64,000 nt of DNA from a virus (Duplodnaviria; Caudoviricetes). Below the pieces are notes generated by a model that saw only the letters and a program-made list of their open reading frames with translations, searched no databases and was not told the DNA's origin. The position numbers and the translations under genes were made by a program. The stretch covers positions 10,505-74,504 of the IMG/VR virus record IMGVR_UViG_3300028591_000180; one strand, 5' to 3'. This document shows positions 39,114-50,655 of this stretch, one piece after another; position 1 is the stretch's first letter, and each line of letters opens with the position of its first letter.

Positions 39114-40289
39114 ATGGTACCAAATCCATCAAGTTTAGTTGGTATTGGAACAGTAGGATCTATGCTAGCTGGTGGTAATATATCAAAAGTACAATTACCA
39201 GATGGAATTACCTATGCCATCAAAGATAGCGTTACTCCTTCTTTAACTCAAAGTGAAATAGACGCAGGAACTGATACCAGTAATAAGTTTATTTCTGCAA
39301 AAGTATTGAGTGAAGTAATAGCTGCAGCTGGAGCCAATGACGGAGCTTTAAAATTACAAAAAGATTCTGACAGTGCTACTTCTATTTTTACAGCTAACCA
39401 AAGTACTGATACAACTTTAACTTATACTACTTCAACTGTTGGAAGTGCTAGTAATTGAAATCCTGGAACAACACCTACTTTAGGAAGTTCAATCTCCGCT
39501 GATGATATTACTTCATGGAGTACAAATACTCCAACTTCAATTGATACCACAAAGTTCAACGGGGGATCATTTACTAGAGGTACATTCAATGGTGGGTCAT
39601 TTACCCAGGGAACTGATACTTTTACTACAAATAAACCTACTGTTATTGATGTTACTAAATTTAATGGTGGAAGCTATATTTCGGCTACGTATTCTTGGTC
39701 GACTAATACTCCAACTTCAATTGATACAACTAAATTTAATGGTGGATCATTTACCCGTGGTACATTTAGTGGAGGAAGTTTTACTCAGGGTACCGATAAT
39801 TTTACTGCTGCAACCTTAGTACCTAGCTTGGCTAGTACGGCAGCAACAGCTTCAACTCCTACTACTTTGACACTTACTTTTACTGGTGGAAGTTTTACTC
39901 AGGGATCTGATTCATTTACTGCAGCTACTCATGCTAATGATACTTTTACAGCTGCTTCATTATCAAATGGTTTCTACACTGCTGGATCTGCAGCAAGCTG
40001 GGCTGTTGCAACTAACCCATCATTTACTCCAGCTTCATTATCAAATGGTTTCTATTCCGCTGGGTCATCAGCAAGCTTTACCCAGGGTACTGATAGTTTT
40101 ACTGCTGCAACTCACGCCAATGATACCTTTACAGCTGCAAGCTTGTTAAGTGGATTCTATACAGCAGGAAGTGCTGCTTCATTAAGTTATACTTCAAGAA
40201 GTATTCCAAATGTTACTAGTACAGGAACAGCTCCATCATTAACAATTACAAGTAATGTCACTGTTCTTACAGGACTTAGTGCTTCATAG
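39114..40289 (+). CDS. Thr/Ser-rich repeat fibre protein (TGA=Trp)
   Basis: TGA 39456 readthrough is open in frame to track ORF 39828; (F)NGGSFT(R/Q)GT repeats. Confidence 0.75.
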
Positions 40290-40302
40290 GGGAGTTGATT
40301 AA

Positions 40303-40842
40303 ATGGCTAATACAAATACTTATATTAATAAAATAGTAGTACCAAATGGGTCTGACACGATTACAGCAAATTTAGTTGACACTGTTAGTGGGTATACTAA
40401 AAATACAGGTACTGTAACTAGTGTTCAAGTTCAGGGCACAAATCCAATTGTCTCTAGTCAATCTACGGCACAAACTGGGACATTAAGTACTACAATCTCA
40501 CATGCTGACTCTGGAGTAACTGCTGGTACTTATGGTAGTTCATCATTAATTCCCGTAATAACGGTAGACTCTAAAGGACATTTAACAAGTGTAACAACTA
40601 GTTCAGCTTCTGGCGGAGTAAATGATGTACAAGTAAATGGAACGTCTGTTGTATCATCTGGAACTGCAAATATTGTTACTAATACTGCATATAATGCTAG
40701 TACAAATAAGATCGCAACAATGGCAGATGTAGATGTAGTAACAATTACATATACGGTAATTTCAGGTACTGACTATGAAATGACTATTTCAACAGTCTTA
40801 GCCCCGAACTACGCTCAAACTATTTTAGAGGAGGCCTATTAA
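40303..40842 (+). CDS. fibre protein
   Basis: GTVTSV, SGVTAGTYG...ITVD.KGH, DVQVNGTSVV motifs. Confidence 0.7.
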   Translation: MANTNTYINKIVVPNGSDTITANLVDTVSGYTKNTGTVTSVQVQGTNPIVSSQSTAQTGTLSTTISHADSGVTAGTYGSSSLIPVITVDSKGHLTSVTTSSASGGVNDVQVNGTSVVSSGTANIVTNTAYNASTNKIATMADVDVVTITYTVISGTDYEMTISTVLAPNYAQTILEEAY

Positions 40843-40845
40843 AAT

Positions 40846-41472
40846 ATGCCCTTAAAACATGAGACAATAACTGATTTATTCACTGATATTGCTGATGCCA
40901 TTAGAGAAAAAACTGATAGCAACGAGCCAATTGTAGCAGATGATTTTCCTGATTCTATATTGAGTATTGAACAACCTTTACCTTTATATCTTACTAAAGT
41001 AAAAGATTTAATAAATACTACAGTTACTATTGATACAGAATTATCTGCTAATGCGACAATAGCAACTTATAACTTAGATCCTGTTCTTCAAAAGTCTTAT
41101 TCTGCAACAGAAAATTTTGTAGTTATTTCTTATGTTATTTGGGTTGGGGATTATTCAGGGACCAAAACTTCTGGGCAATGTGTGTCTTCTGTTTCTTTTA
41201 TTCCTGTTATAAGAGCTTATGGATCAACTTATTATGCTACTCCGGGATCAGGCACTGGTTGCACAGCTTGGATGTCTAACTGGTCATATTGTTCAACAGG
41301 ATCACAAGTAACGGGACTTAGAATAGTTCATGGTAGTAGTGATGCTACTAATTTACAGCTAAAGTTAACTTTTTATAAAGTTAATCCTTGTAACTTTGTA
41401 GTTGCTGGTGATTATCTTGTAAAGGCAGTTTTGTATAAGTATGATATTTTATCATTAGGAGGTAGTTTATAA
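40846..41472 (+). CDS. fibre/decoration protein with IADAIR anchor
   Basis: LFTDIADAIREK...ADDFPD.I.SI. Confidence 0.7.
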   Translation: MPLKHETITDLFTDIADAIREKTDSNEPIVADDFPDSILSIEQPLPLYLTKVKDLINTTVTIDTELSANATIATYNLDPVLQKSYSATENFVVISYVIWVGDYSGTKTSGQCVSSVSFIPVIRAYGSTYYATPGSGTGCTAWMSNWSYCSTGSQVTGLRIVHGSSDATNLQLKLTFYKVNPCNFVVAGDYLVKAVLYKYDILSLGGSL

Positions 41473-41648
41473 TGGTTTATTATTATAAATTAGATACTAG
41501 TGGGTATGTAAAATCAATTTTTAAATTGAAAGGTAATTGTACAGAAATAACCGAAGAAGAATATTATTCTCATGTAAATGAAGAAAGTGATGATGAGCCT
41601 ACTCCTGAAGAATTAATTGAAGCTGGTAAAATAATGCTAGGTTTATAA
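41472..41648 (+). CDS. small fibre-assembly-like protein (58 aa)
   Basis: TAATG coupling; ITEEEY...EAGKIMLG; paralogous to the next gene. Confidence 0.55.
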   Translation: MVYYYKLDTSGYVKSIFKLKGNCTEITEEEYYSHVNEESDDEPTPEELIEAGKIMLGL

Positions 41649-41690
41649 GTAATGTATAATATATCATAAGTTTTGTAAAGGAGATTTTCT

Positions 41691-41933
41691 ATGCCAGTTG
41701 TAATAGAATACCAAGGTGATTTAGTTCATCATTATTCAAGCACAGGGTTTAAGATCAGAAATACTACTACAGGTGGTATTTATGATGATGCCTGGGATTT
41801 AATTTCTAATGGTTATGATTATGAAGAAACCGAAGAGAAGATAGATCAAGATGAAGAAGAGCAGCAACAGAGTGAGTTAGAAGAATATGCTGAGGCCGGA
41901 AGGATTTTATTAGGAGAAGAGAATAATGAGTAA
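41691..41933 (+). CDS. small fibre-assembly-like protein
   Basis: YSSTGFKIRN..TG..YDDA.D...YEET...EAGRILLG. Confidence 0.65.
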   Translation: MPVVIEYQGDLVHHYSSTGFKIRNTTTGGIYDDAWDLISNGYDYEETEEKIDQDEEEQQQSELEEYAEAGRILLGEENNE

Positions 41934-42321
41934 GATTATTGATAAAGCAAAATACTTAAGGGCTAAGATTGAAGAATTAGCCGAAACATTAACTGATGAA
42001 GTAGCCTTACAATACGTCTCCTTATTTAAAGATTGAGCAACTGATACCAGTTATTTAGTTGACGATAGAGTAAAATATAATGATGTTCTTTACAAATGTG
42101 TTCAGGCTCATACTTCTCAAGATAGCTGGACACCAGATCTAACTCCAGCCTTATGGGTAGTAGTTTCTATTGAAGAGTGGCCTGAGTGGGTACAGCCAAT
42201 AGGTGCTCAAGATGCTTATATGACTGGAGATAAAGTTACTCACAATGAAAAGCATTGGATCTCTACGGCAGATAATAATGTCTGAGAGCCTGGAGTATAC
42301 GGGTGGGAAGAAGTAGACTAA
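41926..42321 (+). CDS. tandem CBM5/12 (ChiC-type) carbohydrate-binding protein
   Basis: Absent from the track. With TGA 42034 and 42283 as Trp it reads FKD-W-ATDTSY.VDDRVKY..LYKCVQAHTSQ..WTPD...EWPEWVQP.GAQDAY..GDKVTHN.K.WIST.DNNV-W-EPGVYGW. Confidence 0.85.
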
Positions 42322-42447
42322 TGAGTAAATATAATATAACAAAAAAAGAATTAGCTGAATACATTATGGCTAATAGAACTGAAGATTTTCCTTTAGACCA
42401 GAAGTTGGAAGATTTTTATAAAAAAGTAAGAGAATGGTGTGATTTAA

Positions 42448-42819
42448 ATGCCGACTATAAGCAAGATTAATGGTTATGATCTTAAAGACAGAGTAAGTGG
42501 CTATACTACCAATGAGGGTACAATAACTGGAGTATCTGTTGCTGGTACTTCAGTAGCTACTAGTGGTGTAGCTAATATACCTGCGGCTACAACTAATTCT
42601 GCAGGAGTTATGTCTTCTTCTGATAAAACCAAATTAGAGGGTATTGCAGCTGGAGCTGAAGTAAATGTTCAATCGGATTGAAATATTACAGATAGTACAT
42701 CCGATGCCTTTATCAAAAATAAACCTCAGATTTCTAATACCTCTATTACAGCTAATGCTACTAATAAAACTTTATTTATTGATACAGATATTGTTGATGG
42801 AGATGCGGTGAGTTACTAA
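42448..42819 (+). CDS. fibre protein (TGA=Trp)
   Basis: AGVMSSSDKTKLEGIAAGAEVNVQSD-W-NITD..SDAFIKNKP. Confidence 0.8.
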
Positions 42820-44348
42820 TGTCAATTGTTATTACAGATCCTATAAATTATACGCATATAGCTAATTCCATTCGTAATAAGAATGGGTTATCAACTGTTT
42901 ACAAGCCATCAGAAATGTCTTTGGCGATTGATGCCCTTAATGTAGGTGGAGTAATTAGTCTGCAGGATAAGTCAGTAACTCCTACTACTTCAACTCAATT
43001 AATTTCTAAGGACAGTGGGTATGATGGCCTGGGAATAGTTACAGTTAATGCTATTCCAAGTGCTTATATTATTCCATCAGGTACTTTTAACATTACTGCA
43101 AATAACACTTATGACATTACAAGTTATGCCAGTGTTTTTGTAAATGTGTCTGGTGGAGGTGGATCTCCAACAATATCTTCACTGTCAGTTACTCCTACAG
43201 AATCTGCTCAGACTTTTAACGCTTCAGGTGTTGATGGTTATAAACCAGTTACTGTTGCGGGAATTAGCTCAACTTATGTAGGTACTGGAATTCCCAGGAA
43301 ATCAAGTGCAGATCTTACGGCTAGTGGTTCAACCATTACAGTTGTTTCTGGTTATTATTCAGCTCAAGCTACAAAGAATGTTAGTGCAGGAACTGCTGGT
43401 ACACCGACTGCCACAAAAGGGACTGTTTCAAATCACAGTATTTCTATAACTCCAAAGGTTACAAATACAGCAGGTTATATTTCAGGTAGTACCATTACCG
43501 GTACAGCCGTTACTGTAAGTGCAAGTGAGTTAGTAAGTGGGACATTATCTATTACTGCTAATGGTACTGGAATCAATGTTACTAATTATGCAAGTGTTGA
43601 TGTAGCTATCCCAGGTGATAATCCAACGATATCATCATTGGCTATTACCCCAACGGAAAGTGAACAAACATTTAATAGCTCTTCTGTTGATGGCTATAAA
43701 CCAGTTACGGTGTCAGCCATTAGCTCTACTTACGTAGGCACTGGAATTACTCGTAGAAGTTCATCTGATTTAACAGCTTCAGGTGCTACTGTAACTGTAC
43801 CATCTGGATATTATTCTAGCCAGGCTACTAAAGCAGTATCAAACGGAACTGCTACAGCTCCAGCTTCTATTTCAGGAACTAGCGCTACGGTGAGTACAGG
43901 AACAAATACTTTAACTTTAACAAAAACTGTAAGCGTAACTCCATCAGTAACTGCTGGTTACATAAGTAGTGGTACAGCTGGAAATGCTTCAGTATCTCTT
44001 ACTGCTAGTGTTACAACGCAGGGAACTAGGACTATAACTCCAACTACTAGTAATCAAACTATTTCTTCAGGTACCTATATTACGGGTACTCAAACAATAT
44101 CAGGCGATGCCAATCTTGTTGCTGGAAATATTAAATCAGGTACAAGTATCTTTGGGGTGACTGGTTCTTATTCAGGGCTTGATACCTCAGATGCTACTGC
44201 AGCAGCTACTGATATTGTTAGTGGTAAAACTGCCTATGTAGATGGGAGAAAGGTAGAAGGTTCATTAGTTATTCAGAAATACTATACCGGTTCTTCTGCC
44301 CCATCAAGTTCTTTAGGTACCAATGGAGACATATATTTCCAGAGCTAG
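42819..44348 (+). CDS. Thr/Ser-rich repeat fibre protein
   Basis: HIANSIR anchor; LQDKSVTP; duplicated DGYKPVTV...SGYYS modules; DATAAATDIVSGKTAYV. Confidence 0.75.
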   Translation: MSIVITDPINYTHIANSIRNKNGLSTVYKPSEMSLAIDALNVGGVISLQDKSVTPTTSTQLISKDSGYDGLGIVTVNAIPSAYIIPSGTFNITANNTYDITSYASVFVNVSGGGGSPTISSLSVTPTESAQTFNASGVDGYKPVTVAGISSTYVGTGIPRKSSADLTASGSTITVVSGYYSAQATKNVSAGTAGTPTATKGTVSNHSISITPKVTNTAGYISGSTITGTAVTVSASELVSGTLSITANGTGINVTNYASVDVAIPGDNPTISSLAITPTESEQTFNSSSVDGYKPVTVSAISSTYVGTGITRRSSSDLTASGATVTVPSGYYSSQATKAVSNGTATAPASISGTSATVSTGTNTLTLTKTVSVTPSVTAGYISSGTAGNASVSLTASVTTQGTRTITPTTSNQTISSGTYITGTQTISGDANLVAGNIKSGTSIFGVTGSYSGLDTSDATAAATDIVSGKTAYVDGRKVEGSLVIQKYYTGSSAPSSSLGTNGDIYFQS

Positions 44349-44359
44349 GAGGTTAATTA

Positions 44360-46765
44360 ATGGCAAATATTAGATTAATTCCTAGTGCTTATACCTCAAG
44401 CCATTCTAGCTACGCCTCTGTATATAGTGGTGAAGCTAATATGTATAATAACACCGACCATACTGCTAATTATGCTTCTTTAAGAGGTAGAAATAGTAAT
44501 ACTACTACTGCTTATTATATTTTCCTTAGAGGGTTTAACTTTGATGATGTTCCTGCTAATGCATCAGTAACAAGCTTTGAAGTAAAAATAAGATGTTATA
44601 GAAACTCTTATCAAAGAACGGGCGATAACTATAGGCTAAGATTGTCTAGTAGTACAAGTATTAATGATGTTATTTCTGACTCAATAACAAGTACAGAAAT
44701 TGGTACTACATCTAGTGTTATTACTATTCCTACTGGCAACTTAACTTGGAGTACTTTAAAGAGTTATGGCGATGACTTCTCTATTGTAATTCCATTATCA
44801 TCGACTGCAAGTAACAGGCCTTATATTTATGTATATGGTGCTGAAATAAATGTTACTTATTCAACTTTACCTACTTATGAAGTTACGGCTACCTCTAATG
44901 TTACTGGAGTTGAAGTAAGCCCATCAACACAGACTATTACTCAGGGTGATTCTGCTACCATTTACATTGATACCTCTGATATTAGTGAATATATTTTAAA
45001 AGATAATGGTACAGATGTTACTTCTAGTGTTGTATACCATCATGAGGAAGGTGGATCAACTACAGAAGATACTGTATTAGGTACTTATACTTTAGTTAGT
45101 GGTTCATTTAATGGCTCTGGCGCTTCCCATTTTAGTGGATTAGTTGGTAAAGGACATACATCTTCAACTACTACTTCTAACTATTATTCAGGTGGTTCTG
45201 GTACCATCGCAGTATTTACTTATGATGTATCATTTAACAACATCCCTGAAAATGCTACTATTGAAAGTTGTTATGCCCTAGTAAATGGACATGCAGAATC
45301 TACTTCACAATCTGCTGAATATATGTGTGCCCAGATTAGATCAGGAAGCACAGAATTATCAGAAGAATTAAATTTTAAATCGGTTGGTACTTCTAATAGT
45401 ACACAAACAATTACTTGTACCACACCACCAACTATCGAACAGCTAGGAAATCTTCAGTTATATTGTAGATTAGGTTACTATGGCGGTGCTCTTAATGGTG
45501 CTACTGTATATGTAGAATATAGTACACCTTCAGGGTATTATTACACTTATACGATAACTAATGTAGTAGCTGCTCATACTGTTGTATTGGATGAATCTAC
45601 TGGCCCTTACGTACCTGATCCAGAAGACCCTACTAAAACTTATTATTCATTAACTATCTCAAGTATTAATGCTGGTACTAGTATTAATGGAGAATTAGTA
45701 AATGGAACTGTTAGAGTAGAAGCTGGATCAAATGAAACTATAGTAATTTCTCCATCAGATCCTATATTAACATTGGCTTTAGATAATGGCGTTGACATCA
45801 CAAGCCAATTAATTGGAAGCGTTCCTGTAAATACTTATACAGTTACTACTCAAGTTAGTGGAGCTTCCTATGGATTTACTTTAAATTCTTCTACTGGATA
45901 TTATGTGTCTACAAATAATGGTGTTTCCAAATCAGCTTCAGTAGCGAGATTGAATCTTGATTTTGAATCTGATTGTTTAGTAACAATTCAATACATTAAT
46001 TATGCAGAAGAAAATTATGACTATGGATTATTCGGTAAATTAGATACTACTGTGGCTACTGATGGTTTGACTGCTGGATCAGGCGGCAGCTCTCCCAGTG
46101 ACAGTACTAGTAATTATCAACTGGCTAAATGCTCAAATAGTACTTCACCTCAGACTATCACTTATAATGTCCCAGCTGGTACTCATTATATTGATATTAA
46201 GTACGGCAAAGATGATGCCTCAAACTCTGGAGATGATAGCCTCCAGTGGAAAGTATTAAGCATTGAGCCTACTAGTGCTGGTGGAGATTATACCTATATT
46301 TTAAATAATATTTCACAGAAACATAGTTTAATTTTTGTTTTTGGTAATGTTTCATATTATTTTGTAACTTCTACAATAGGTAGTACAGGTAGAGCATTCC
46401 CTGATGGTCAACAGGTAGTTTTGGCTGGAGACCCATACACTATAAATATAGTTCCTAACAATTATCAAGATACAGTTACTTTAACTGATAATGGGGTCAA
46501 TGTTACTTCACAGATGGAAGTAGCTACAGGACAAGATAAACAAGGGAATCCTATTACTAGTTATAGATATAAACTATTAAATGTACAAGCATCTCATACT
46601 TTAGTTATTTCTATTGGTGGTGTTACTGCTAAATTATATATAAAGGTAAATAACTCCTGGGTTCAATATTCTAAAGTTTTTAAAAAGATAAATAACTCTT
46701 GAGTTGAACAGTCAGATCCATCTTCAGTTTTAGATGTAACTGTTAATTACGTGAAAGCTAATTAG
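44360..46765 (+). CDS. large beta-rich adhesin/fibre protein
   Basis: Repeated DNG.DVTS...YTYT..NV...H modules. TGA 46700 readthrough reaches TAG 46763-46765. Confidence 0.75.
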
Positions 46766-46779
46766 GGAGGAATTAAAAG

Positions 46780-46968
46780 ATGCCAGATCCTAATGTATTA
46801 GAAAAAATAAATTTAGATAACACTGAATATTTAATTAAAGATGGCGCTACAGAAACATTAACCGTAGCTGAAATTACAACCGGAACAGATACTGAGAGTA
46901 AATTTGTTACTGCTAAAGTTATTCATGATTATATTGATTCTTTAGATGCTACTAATACCTTATATTAG
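46780..46968 (+). CDS. small fibre-adaptor-like protein
   Basis: LEKINLDNTEYLIKD; LT.AEI..GTDT.SKFV.AKV shared with 39114. Confidence 0.6.
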   Translation: MPDPNVLEKINLDNTEYLIKDGATETLTVAEITTGTDTESKFVTAKVIHDYIDSLDATNTLY

Positions 46969-46978
46969 GGAGTAAAGT

Positions 46979-48112
46979 ATGGGATTAAAATTATATCCAG
47001 AAACTGCAGTTATTAATCTTGCCAATGCAATTAGGTCAGCTTATGGTGGTATTAGTACTTCATATAGAGTATCTGACATGGCTTCGGCTATTTTAAATAT
47101 CCCCGCAGGTGAGGATAACTTTAGCGTTCTAGCCTCAGTAGTAGATGGCACAATCACTGAATTTTCATATAGTAATCAAGCAATTTCAGTGATTACTTCT
47201 TGAACTTTTTATGACTGCAGACTTCTTGAAAGAGTAGACTGTCCATCAATTACTGAAATACAAGATCAAGCTTTTCAGAGTTGTTATTCATTATCATCAA
47301 TTAGTTTTCCTCTTTGTTCTTATATTGGAAGCTATGCTTTTGCCTTTTGTAGTAATTTAACTGCAGCCTGTTTTCCTTCATGTGTTTCAATATCTACGGC
47401 TGCATTTACTAATTGCAATAAAATATCATCACTAAGTTTTCCTCTGTGTACTATTATTGGATCTAATGCTTTTTATGCTATTGGTTCAGGAGTTAAGTCT
47501 ATAACTAGTGAGGTATTCCCTATTTGTACTACTATTGGATCTGCGGCTTTTTACCTATGCCATGGTCTATCCTATGTTTATTTTCCTGAAGTTACTCAAA
47601 TGCTAGGTAATACTTTTGGTGGTTGTAGTAGTTTGTCTACTGCCGTATTTCCTTTATGCACTAAGATTGATGACTCCTTTAGAGGCTGCAGCCATTTAAC
47701 TTCTGTTAGTCTTCCTCTCTGTGAAATAGTTGGCTATCAAGCTTTTTATTATTGTTCTTATAGACTATCATCTATTAGTTTACCAGCTTGTTATTCAATT
47801 GGGTCTAATGCCTTTGCTGAAGCTTATAGGTTAAGTATAATTGATTTAGGGAGTAATAATCTATCAGTAAATAGTGGAGTAATCGGCGCTAGCGCTTTTA
47901 GGTCTTGTCGTAGTTTATTATCACTTTATCTTAGATATTCCTTTACTATTTCTTTGTCAAACATTAACGCTTTTACATCAACTCCAATTTCAAATTATAC
48001 AGCTTCAACTAGTGGAGTATATGGATCAATATATGTACCCTCTTCACTCTATGACACTTATATAACTGCTACTAATTGAGCTACATATTCCTCAAGATTT
48101 GTAAGTATTTAG
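46979..48112 (+). CDS. Cys-rich BspA-type LRR protein (TGA=Trp x2)
   Basis: Continuous frame through TGA 47201 and 48077; FP.C..IG..AF..C repeats. Confidence 0.85.
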
Positions 48113-48130
48113 TTTAGGAGATAATTATTT

Positions 48131-49612
48131 ATGGGATTAAAATTATATTCAGAAGAAGATATACAAGAGATTGCTAATGCCATAAGATTAAAAAGGGGTA
48201 GTACATCTGCTTATTCAATTTCTGAGATGGCTAGCCAATTGAGTGATTTACACGGTACAGATTATATTTATTCTTATTTTACTAAAACTTTACAAACTTT
48301 AAATTTTAGTGATATTAGTTATATTAAGCATTATTTCTTTTTTAATCAAACATCACTACTAAAGTTAAGTGCTCCAAATTGTTTAAGTATTGGAAGCAGT
48401 GCTTTTTATTCTTGTACAGCTTTATCTGAGATTTATTCTCCCAGCGTCTCATCAATAGGCTCTTACGCCTTTTATTCTTGCTCAAATTTAGTTTCAGCTA
48501 ATTTTCCTCTTTGCACTTCAATAGGTTGATATACCTTTCAGGGATGTTATAACCTGGTCTCGGCTAACATGCCTTCTTTATCAGTTTCTCTTCCACAATA
48601 CGCTTTTGCCTATTGCAGTTCTTTGGCTGCGGCAGATTTCCCTCTTTGCAGTATTGTTGAACGTGGGGCTTTCATGTATTGTACAGCTTTATCTAGTATT
48701 AATTTTCCTATTTGCTCTAGTGTTGGTAGTTCCACTTTTTTAAGGTGTAGCTCTTTAACTACAGCAGATTTCTCCTCCTGTATTAATATTGGGGGAAATG
48801 CGTTTCAATATTGTATTGGTTTAGTTTCAATTAGTTTCCCTATTTGCACTACAATAGGTCCTTATGCTTTTTTGGGGTGTAGCTCTTTAACTACAGCAAA
48901 TTTCCCTTCTTGTACTTCAATGAGCATGTCTGCTTTTATGAGTTGTTACAACTTAAGAGAAGCTAATTTTCCTGTATGTACTACTATTAAAGAGTCAACC
49001 TTTTGCAGGTGTTCTTCACTATCATCAATTAGTTTTCCTCTTTGTTCTTATATTGGAAGCTATGCTTTTGCTTATTGCAGTGCCTTGACTGAGGTAGATT
49101 TCTCACTTTGTACTATCTTATATAATGGAGCATTTGAATATTGTTATAGTTTAATTCAAGTTAGTTTCCCTATTTGTACTACTCTTCGGCAAAATACTTT
49201 TATGGCCTGTTCTAAATTATCTGAGGCTAATTTCCCGTCTTGTACCTCTATATATGGTGGAGCTTTTAGCGGTTGTTGAAGCCTAGACTCAGTAAGTTTT
49301 CCGATCTGTATTTATGTGGGTAGTTCAGCCTTCCAATACTGTTCAAGCCTATCTATTATTAGTTTTCCTTCTTGTAGTATTATCTATTCTAGTGCTTTTT
49401 ATAGATGTTTTAATTTATTATCTTTATATTTAATGGGTAGTAGTGTTTGTACATTATCAAATGTGAATGCTTTTACGTCAACTCCGATTTCAAACTACAC
49501 AACTTCAACTGGCGGAGTACATGGTTCAATCTATGTACCAGCTTCGCTTTACGATACTTATATAGCTTCTACTAATTGGGCTACTTATTCTGCAAGATTT
49601 GTAAGTGTTTAA
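48131..49612 (+). CDS. Cys-rich BspA-type LRR protein (TGA=Trp x2)
   Basis: Three track ORFs joined via TGA 48527 and 49277; paralogue of the upstream gene. Confidence 0.85.
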
Positions 49613-49648
49613 TGTATAATATTTCATAAACTTTATTAAGGAGAAGAT

Positions 49649-50626
49649 ATGAAATTACAAATTTTAATTCCACAATATAAAGAAACTGATGATGTAGTTA
49701 AGCCTCTCTTAGACAGTATTGCGATACAACAAAGTGTGGATTTAAACGAAGTAGGAGTTATTATTACAAACGATGGAAGTGACGTTAAGTTAACAGAAGA
49801 TTTTTTAAATAGTTATCCTTTCAAAGTAGAATATTATCAAAATAAACATGAAGGTGTTTCGGCTACAAGAAATTATTGTTTAGATAAATCAACAGCAGAT
49901 TATGTAATGTTCTGTGATGCTGATGATATGTTCTATCATGTGTGCGGATTATATATTATTTTTAGGGAAATGAACGTAGGCTTCGATGCTTTAATCTCAG
50001 CTTTTTTAGAAGAAACAAGGAATCCGGAAAATAAAGAAGAGATCCTATATATCACAAGGGAGATGGACAGTACTTTCGTTCATGGAAAGGTTTATAGAAG
50101 ACAATATCTTTTAGATAATAATATAAGATTTAATCCTAAGCTTACAATTCATGAAGATAGTTATTTTAATTGTCTAGCCCAGAAAATGACTTTAAACGCT
50201 AAATATTCTCAGCTTCCCTTCTATCTTTGGAAATGGAGAGATGAGAGTGTTTGTAGACATGATCCAAAATATATTTTAAAAACTTATAATAATATGCTTG
50301 ACAGCAATACTGCTTTGGTACAAGAATTTATTAAGAGAAGAAGAATCACTGATGCTCAATTCTATGCTACTGCAATGATCTATGATGCCTATTTTACTAT
50401 GAATAAGGATGAGTGGATAAACCAGGAAAACATTGAATATAGAAGAGCTACTGAAAAGAGATTCAAACAATATTATATTACCTTTAAAGAATATTATGAA
50501 ACTGTTGATAAACAGGTAAAGGCTCAAATAGTGATGGGTATTAAAAACAGAATGTTCCAAGAAGGACTTTTAATGGAAACAATTACTTTTGATAATTGGA
50601 TTCAACATGTAATAACTGAGTATTAA
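49649..50626 (+). CDS. GT2 family glycosyltransferase
   Basis: ILIPQY, ITNDGS, GVSATRN, YVMFCDADD (DxD), HEDSYF. Confidence 0.88.
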   Translation: MKLQILIPQYKETDDVVKPLLDSIAIQQSVDLNEVGVIITNDGSDVKLTEDFLNSYPFKVEYYQNKHEGVSATRNYCLDKSTADYVMFCDADDMFYHVCGLYIIFREMNVGFDALISAFLEETRNPENKEEILYITREMDSTFVHGKVYRRQYLLDNNIRFNPKLTIHEDSYFNCLAQKMTLNAKYSQLPFYLWKWRDESVCRHDPKYILKTYNNMLDSNTALVQEFIKRRRITDAQFYATAMIYDAYFTMNKDEWINQENIEYRRATEKRFKQYYITFKEYYETVDKQVKAQIVMGIKNRMFQEGLLMETITFDNWIQHVITEY

Positions 50627-50655
50627 TTCTCAGTATTTAGGGAAGGAGACATATA

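Noticed and set aside
46979-49612. Diversity-generating retroelement template/variable repeat pair
   Set aside because: The shared tract is identical rather than A-specifically mismatched, both copies are inside coding LRRs, and there is no reverse transcriptase in the window.
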